Shown: positions 63,338-64,000 of the stretch, one piece after another
How the letters are laid out: the number at the start of each line of letters is the position of its first letter
Position numbering within the stretch: the first letter of the stretch is position 1
NCBI GenBank assembly: GCA_014653545.1
Contig: JACWEJ010000001.1
Span: 36,014 to 100,013 of the forward strand
DNA: 64,000 nt
Origin: Pelagibacterales bacterium SAG-MED41
Lineage (GTDB): Bacteria > Pseudomonadota > Alphaproteobacteria > Pelagibacterales > Pelagibacteraceae
Direction: 5' to 3'
The notes under the pieces: generated by a model
Told to the model about the DNA's origin: nothing
Database searches by the model: none
Seen by the model: the letters and a program-made list of their open reading frames with translations, nothing else
Made by a program: the position numbers and the translations under genes

Positions 63338-64000
63338 ATGTCAATATATAATAAAATAAATATAGCTATAATTGGTGCAACTGGATACACAGGATTAGAT
63401 CTTGTTTATATACTATCAAAACATCCAAGAGTTAAAATTAAGCAACTTTGTGCCACTAAAAATTTAGGAAAAAAAATAAGTTTTTTCGATAAAAGAATTA
63501 AAAAAAAGTTACCAAATATATCTTCTGTTAAAAAAGTTAATTGGTCAAATTTAGATTTAGTTTTCTTGTCTTTGCCAAATGGTGAAGCCCAAAAATTACT
63601 TAAAAAAATTTATTTCAAAAATAAAAATTTAAAATTTATAGATTTATCAGCTGATTTTAGAATTTCTAATACAAAAATATTTGAAAGAAATTATAATTTT
63701 AAACATAAAGCAAAAACTCTTATAAAAGATTCATTCTACTCACTACCAGAATTAAATAATCAAAAAATAGATAAATTTAAAATAATTTCTAATCCCGGAT
63801 GTTATCCGACCTCTATACAATTACCGTTAGTGCCATTATTTAAAAAAAACATGATAAAAAATAACAATATTACGATTGACTCTAAATCTGGGTATTCAGG
63901 AGCAGGTAAAAATCTTGAAAAAAAATTTAAACATAAGAATTTATTTTCATCTACTTTTGCTTACAATACAAAAAATCATAGACACATTTGTGAAATCGAT
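63338..64000 (+). CDS. argC: N-acetyl-gamma-glutamyl-phosphate reductase (3' part outside window)
   Basis: Manual translation: IIGATGYTG, IDLSADFR, SNPGCYPT, SKSGYSGAG. Confidence 0.95.
   Translation, partial: MSIYNKINIAIIGATGYTGLDLVYILSKHPRVKIKQLCATKNLGKKISFFDKRIKKKLPNISSVKKVNWSNLDLVFLSLPNGEAQKLLKKIYFKNKNLKFIDLSADFRISNTKIFERNYNFKHKAKTLIKDSFYSLPELNNQKIDKFKIISNPGCYPTSIQLPLVPLFKKNMIKNNNITIDSKSGYSGAGKNLEKKFKHKNLFSSTFAYNTKNHRHICEID

Noticed and set aside
1-64000. CRISPR arrays, rRNA, IS elements, prophage, defence systems
   Set aside because: No spaced direct repeats, transposase, integrase, phage or nuclease genes were recognised; intergenic spaces are too short to hide them

Overview
Very AT-rich, densely packed bacterial chromosome segment. 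Intergenic spacers are minimal and TAATG/ATGA translational coupling is pervasive. Gene content and order point to a streamlined alphaproteobacterium of the SAR11/Pelagibacterales type (inference from composition and synteny, not from a search). Contents in order: S10-spc-alpha ribosomal superoperon (rplC to rplQ, no rpmD); rluC-like, lipB, mgtE, panC, galU-ugd; ridA, small secreted ORF, topA, plsY, pyrC'-pyrB, yqgF; gatCAB, O-methyltransferase, trhO, MATE; a PheC-like solute-binding protein plus permease; umuDC with a LexA box; an AT-richer islet (sugar O-methyltransferase-like plus HAD hydrolase); a TPP-riboswitch-led ThiV-like symporter; rarD, tRNA-Ser(GCU), slt; dapA-smpB-folK-rel/spoT-pyrE-pdxJ-acpS-lepB-rnc-recO; hemB; AspH-like oxygenase-rpiB-glyA-nrdR-rib-nusB; hppA; bamE/cbp3-rpmF-plsX-ihfA-merR-rpmG; chorismate mutase, ctaA, rplM-rpsI, argC (partial). 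No CRISPR, rRNA, IS or prophage was seen. Best leads: (1) a TPP riboswitch with an intact pyrimidine-sensing half but a rebuilt pyrophosphate-sensing half, with thiL missing from its usual place after nusB; (2) a coupled gatCAB-OMT-trhO unit that may be a tRNA 5-methoxyuridine pathway; (3) an ABC permease that starts with a lipobox, paired with a PheC-clade binding protein and no ATPase; (4) an apparent premature stop in rel/spoT.
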